Assembly (NCBI GenBank): GCA_045630825.1
Contig: JAZQTN010000031.1
Span: forward strand, 40,118-104,117
Reading direction: 5' to 3'
DNA length: 64,000 nt
Origin: Faecousia sp.
Lineage (GTDB): Bacteria; Bacillota; Clostridia; Oscillospirales; Oscillospiraceae
Under the pieces are notes generated by a model. It did not search any database. It had not been told where the DNA came from and saw nothing but the letters and a program-made list of their open reading frames with translations. Every line of letters starts with the position of its first letter. Within the stretch, counting starts at the first letter, position 1. Both the position numbers and the translations under genes were made by a program. This document shows positions 60,217-64,000 of the stretch, in pieces.

Positions 60217-61424
60217 TGCCCATTCCCCTTTCCGTCGGTTACTATGGCGTCGATACTGCCGTCGCTGACACGGACGCTGATCTTGTCATCACGCTTTACT
60301 TGCGCCACAGAGCGCAGTACATCACCGCCGTCAAGTTGCGCAATGGCATAGCCACGGGTCATAACCTTCAGCGGGCTCATTGCATCCAGCTTGGCAGTTA
60401 ATTCAACAAAATGGCGCTTTCTCCCCTCTATACCGCGAATGTGCGTGGAGATCAATCGGTTATTCAGCAGGAGTGTATCCTTACGTTTCTGCTCCAGATA
60501 GCCTGTCGGCGAACAAAGCGCAGGGCTGGACGCCAAGGCATTCAAATGCTGCCTCGCACTTTTTACCTGTCGGTTTAAGGCAGTTGCCATTGCAGAAGAG
60601 ATACTGTCAAGGGTCTGCCGCAAGGCGTCCTGATCCGGAACAGCCAGTTCCGCTGCATTGGACGGTGTGGCGGCCCGCAGATCAGCTACAAAATCAGATA
60701 TGGTTACATCCGGCTCGTGTCCCACTGCTGAGATAACCGGAATCTTAGAATCATAAATGGCCCTGGCAACAATTTCATCGTTAAATGCCCAAAGATCCTC
60801 AATAGATCCGCCGCCTCTTCCCACAATAAGAAGGTCTGCTAGTTTGTGATAATTAGCATACCGGATGGCCGCAGCAATCTCCGGCGGCGCCTCCACGCCC
60901 TGTACCCGTACAGGCAACAGAATTACCTTAGTCAGCGGATACCGCTTTCGCAGGATGCGCAACATATCATGTATTGCCGCGCCGGCAGAGCTGGTAACGA
61001 TGCCGATGACACCGGGATACTTGGGCAGTGGCTTTTTATGGGCCGGATCAAACAATCCTTCCGCAGACAGTTTTGCTTTTAACTGTTCAAAAGCTGCGTG
61101 GAGATCACCCACGCCGTCAACACTCATAGCGCTGACATACAGCTGATATGCGCCGTCCCGGGGAAAGACTGATATCTTGCCCAGAGCGATAACCTTCATA
61201 CCGTTTTCTGGGCGAAAACGAAGCTTAAATGCGTTTCCTTTGAACAGAACACACCTCAGCGCACCGCCATCATCCTTCAGTGTAAAATAATGGTGGCCGG
61301 AAGGATAGAGCTTATAGTTGCTGATCTCGCCACGGACAGCAATGTTCGCAAGCATGGGATCAGCATCCATCTGGGAGCGAATATATTCGTTAATCTGGGT
61401 TATGGATAAAATTTTCTGTTCCAT
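60213..61424 (-). CDS. xseA: Exonuclease VII large subunit
   Basis: ATG 61424; GEISN, SGHHYFTLKD, RGGGSIEDLW, SAVGHE. Confidence 0.96.
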   Translation of the reverse strand: MEQKILSITQINEYIRSQMDADPMLANIAVRGEISNYKLYPSGHHYFTLKDDGGALRCVLFKGNAFKLRFRPENGMKVIALGKISVFPRDGAYQLYVSAMSVDGVGDLHAAFEQLKAKLSAEGLFDPAHKKPLPKYPGVIGIVTSSAGAAIHDMLRILRKRYPLTKVILLPVRVQGVEAPPEIAAAIRYANYHKLADLLIVGRGGGSIEDLWAFNDEIVARAIYDSKIPVISAVGHEPDVTISDFVADLRAATPSNAAELAVPDQDALRQTLDSISSAMATALNRQVKSARQHLNALASSPALCSPTGYLEQKRKDTLLLNNRLISTHIRGIEGRKRHFVELTAKLDAMSPLKVMTRGYAIAQLDGGDVLRSVAQVKRDDKISVRVSDGSIDAIVTDGKGNGQ

Positions 61425-61425
61425 A

Positions 61426-62343
61426 TCACACCTCCAGAAGCCGGTGTGTAAGTACAGCAACACCCATAGCATTATCGGTGGAATACTTAGACTCGCAGAA
61501 GATGGGGTTCAAGTCTTCCAGCTCCAGACGCAACAAGGAATTGGATGCCACACCGCCGGAAAATACTACATCCAGACCTGGGTAATGCTTCAGCGCATTT
61601 TCCGTTGCCTTGCGAACAGCATAAGCGACGCATCGCAAAGCATAAGACGCAGTTTCCGCATTGTTTCCGGAATGATATTTTTCCACCTTATTCTGCAATC
61701 CGGAAATGGAGAACTCCATATCAGGACATTTTACTTTAAAAAGATCTGTGCCTGTAGCGTTTTTGCTCAGTTCGTCCAGATGTTTACCGGATGGGAACGG
61801 CAGATCCAGCAGAAGACCTGTACGGTCAATCAACTGGCCGGCTGCGATATCTGTAGAACCACCAATACGGGTGCAACGGACATTCTTCCCTACCGGCTCT
61901 ACCAGCAAAAGCTCTGTAGTGCCGCCAGATAAATGCCAGGCCAAATGTGCCTTATCCATCAGGTCTAAACGACCGGAACTCCATAAAGAAGCTGCCACAT
62001 GTCCCTGTTGATGGGACACCTCAAACAGAGGCACATTCAAAAGATTGCTCAGCATCTTCGCGTGGGAATAGCCAACCAAAAAACAAGGCATATAACTGCC
62101 TTCCACGGCTCTGGGCCGGGAAGAAACGCCAATCGCCTGTATTTGTGAAAAATCCACATTGGAAAACAGCCTGCCGGAAAGCTCCGGCAGGCTTTTAGTA
62201 TGATGAAATACTGCATCAGACTGACGCAGTCCCAACTGTCCTTGCTTCACAGGAAGCAGCTGTGAGCAATTCACACCGTTGCGTCCATCAAAACAAGCAA
62301 TGGATGTAGTGTAATTGCTGGTATCAAACCCAATGACACTCAT
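61426..62343 (-). CDS. Kae1/TsaD-like paralog
   Basis: GFDTSNYTTS, SHQQGH, LSGGTT, GGVASN, DNA; ASKHA fold but not canonical TsaD. Confidence 0.8.
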   Translation of the reverse strand: MSVIGFDTSNYTTSIACFDGRNGVNCSQLLPVKQGQLGLRQSDAVFHHTKSLPELSGRLFSNVDFSQIQAIGVSSRPRAVEGSYMPCFLVGYSHAKMLSNLLNVPLFEVSHQQGHVAASLWSSGRLDLMDKAHLAWHLSGGTTELLLVEPVGKNVRCTRIGGSTDIAAGQLIDRTGLLLDLPFPSGKHLDELSKNATGTDLFKVKCPDMEFSISGLQNKVEKYHSGNNAETASYALRCVAYAVRKATENALKHYPGLDVVFSGGVASNSLLRLELEDLNPIFCESKYSTDNAMGVAVLTHRLLEV

Positions 62344-62798
62344 TTTACTTCCTCAGTGGTAAGACTTCTGGCGTATGCGCCGAGAATGCCGTTGACGAAT
62401 GCACCGGTATCACTGCCGTCATATTTCTTGGCAAGGCGCACCGCCTCGGAAACGGCTACGCCTGTGGGAACATCTGCAACGTTCTGAATCTCGTAGATCG
62501 CCAGCTGCATAATTGTCTTTGCAAGGCGCGAAATACGGGAAACATCCCAACTGATGGAATACTTCTGGATCAGCTCGTTCAGCTCATCCATTCTGTTAAT
62601 TACACCGGCTACAACGGTATCAATATAGGCCAGCTGGGCACCTTTGGGTCGCTCAGAATAGACCTCGTTCTCAGCAGCCAGCTTTTCGTAATATTCCTTC
62701 TGCAGGCGCTCAGCCACAACCTTTTCCGGTTCATCGCCGGTAAAGGTCTGGGAGTAAATCAAATGAACAGCCAGTTCTCTGGCGACTCCTCTTGTCAT
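62340..62798 (-). CDS. nusB: Transcription antitermination factor NusB
   Basis: ARELA, AVSEAVRLAKKY, FVNGILG. Confidence 0.93.
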   Translation of the reverse strand: MTRGVARELAVHLIYSQTFTGDEPEKVVAERLQKEYYEKLAAENEVYSERPKGAQLAYIDTVVAGVINRMDELNELIQKYSISWDVSRISRLAKTIMQLAIYEIQNVADVPTGVAVSEAVRLAKKYDGSDTGAFVNGILGAYARSLTTEEVK

Positions 62799-62804
62799 AG
62801 CTGC

Positions 62805-63158
62805 TTACTGACGGACGATGCCCGCGACATTTACATTGATAGCAACGGGCTTAATGCCGGTCATTGCTTCAACAGCTGCTGCAGCTGCTTCCTGTACTGC
62901 ATTTGCAACGGTAACCACAGATGTGCCGTAAGCTACGATGATGTTGCACTCGACAGTAACCTCGTTGGTCTCGGTAATGGTGATCTTCATACCCTTATTC
63001 AGGAGCTTGCGCTCCAGATTGGTTCTTGCAGCACCGATGCTGACCACGCCTTCCACATCCGTAACAGCGTGAGAAACGATGGTAGCGATGACTTCTTCCG
63101 AGATCATAACGGCACCGTTTTCCTGATTCTGCGTGATATACTGCTTATTATCAGCCAT
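62805..63158 (-). CDS. Asp23/Gls24 family protein
   Basis: ISEEVIATI, VAYG, AVEAMTG, INVNV; upstream of nusB. Confidence 0.9.
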   Translation of the reverse strand: MADNKQYITQNQENGAVMISEEVIATIVSHAVTDVEGVVSIGAARTNLERKLLNKGMKITITETNEVTVECNIIVAYGTSVVTVANAVQEAAAAAVEAMTGIKPVAINVNVAGIVRQ

Positions 63159-63277
63159 AAGAATAACCTCCTAATACATCTGTGCCTACTGTGCAGATTA
63201 ATTTTCTATAGTATACCAAAGATTGCAAAACAAGTCAATGTGTAATCTATGGTGTTTTTATAGCGGAAACAAAGAAA

Positions 63278-63303
63278 AACGGGCTGCAATTTAACAGCCC
63301 GTT
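63278..63303 (-). terminator. Terminator of the spoIIIA operon
   Basis: AACGGGCTG-CAATTTAA-CAGCCCGTT. Confidence 0.7.
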
Positions 63304-63312
63304 AAGATTTCT

Positions 63313-63867
63313 TCAAACGACTTCCACAACACGTATCTGGTCCAGTTCAAATTCCGTCTGGGTCAGCACGATATCCGAAATAACAGAAACATCAGTTTCC
63401 TGAATACCGCCCTCCGGTGAAGCGACCGCAACAGAGATTCCATCGTCGGACATATAGGCAACACAGTCCGCATATCCCTTTGCGATGACAAGGCTCTCAA
63501 TCTGCGCCTCGGTAAGCGCGGTCTGTACGATTTGCTCCAATTGGGCAGACGACTCTTTATCATCGGTTTCTTCCCCGTATGCCATTGCTTCCTGAAGCAG
63601 TTCCACAGCGCTGTCCCTTGCCTGCTGGCGGGACAGACGAACAGCAGCAAAATAGTCGACAACTGTGCTGTCACCATTGATACCCATATCCTCCGTACCC
63701 AGCAAAATGCCGTCCTGGGACATCACCTTCTCGGCGTCCAGCGTATCCGTCAGATCACCCACGGTCTGTGCATTGTTATACATCCAGTTCATGTAGATTC
63801 CGGCACATACGACTACTAGTATTGCCGCAGCGATCAGGTTTTTCTGCCAATTCTTAATATTTTTCAT
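63313..63867 (-). CDS. spoIIIAH: Stage III sporulation protein AH
   Basis: ATG 63867 after GGAGG; N-terminal TM, YFAAVRLSRQQARD, IESLVIAKGYADCV. Confidence 0.9.
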   Translation of the reverse strand: MKNIKNWQKNLIAAAILVVVCAGIYMNWMYNNAQTVGDLTDTLDAEKVMSQDGILLGTEDMGINGDSTVVDYFAAVRLSRQQARDSAVELLQEAMAYGEETDDKESSAQLEQIVQTALTEAQIESLVIAKGYADCVAYMSDDGISVAVASPEGGIQETDVSVISDIVLTQTEFELDQIRVVEVV

Positions 63868-63881
63868 AAATGATCCTCCAT

Positions 63882-64000
63882 TCATTTCATTTTCAATACA
63901 GAAATTTTATCCATTCCCAGTCCGGTTATACGAGAAACCGCTTCCATAATGTTTAGCCGTACCGTTGCATTGTCTGCACCTTGACAAACAATGATCGCAC
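63882..64000 (-). CDS. spoIIIAG: Stage III sporulation protein AG (C-terminus, partial)
   Basis: Own translation AIIVCQGADNATVRLNIMEAVSRITGLGMDKISVLKMK*; upstream of spoIIIAH. Confidence 0.88.
   Translation of the reverse strand, partial: AIIVCQGADNATVRLNIMEAVSRITGLGMDKISVLKMK

Overview
This window is core chromosome of a spore-forming Clostridia bacterium (Oscillospiraceae-like, inferred from gene content and synteny). Gene orientation flips from about 27 of 31 genes on + (before 27.6 kb) to about 29 of 41 on - (after it). Together with two Xer-type recombinases and two candidate recombination sites, this suggests the window spans the replication terminus. It carries spoIIAA-AB-sigF, pcrA-yunB-ligA, yqfCD-phoH-ybeY-era-recO-mutS2, uvrC-rsmD-coaD, pgm, xerD, a triplicated-domain lipoprotein pair, pfkA, a XerC/XerS-like recombinase, radA, queA-tgt-yajC, dapA and tyrS-recN-argR-nadK-tlyA-dxs. 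It also holds a ~610-nt OLE RNA with oapA, an SOS-type dinB cassette, smpB-ppi-ssrA, an accessory block after tmRNA, and ispA-xseBA-nusB-spoIIIAH/AG. The accessory block has superoxide reductase-ahpC-ahpF divergent from a baiG-like transporter plus 7-alpha-HSDH, and ends in a serine recombinase remnant. Best leads: (1) this bile-acid/oxidative-defence module appears to be driven by back-to-back forespore (sigmaF/G-like) promoters; (2) a possible non-canonical Xer/dif system, with a perfect 34-bp palindrome just upstream of the recombinase and a dif/XDS-like site upstream of xerD; (3) OLE RNA detached from ispA with its own promoter; (4) a small structured element that duplicates and inverts the tmRNA 3' end. 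Family assignments come from recalled motifs, not database searches.
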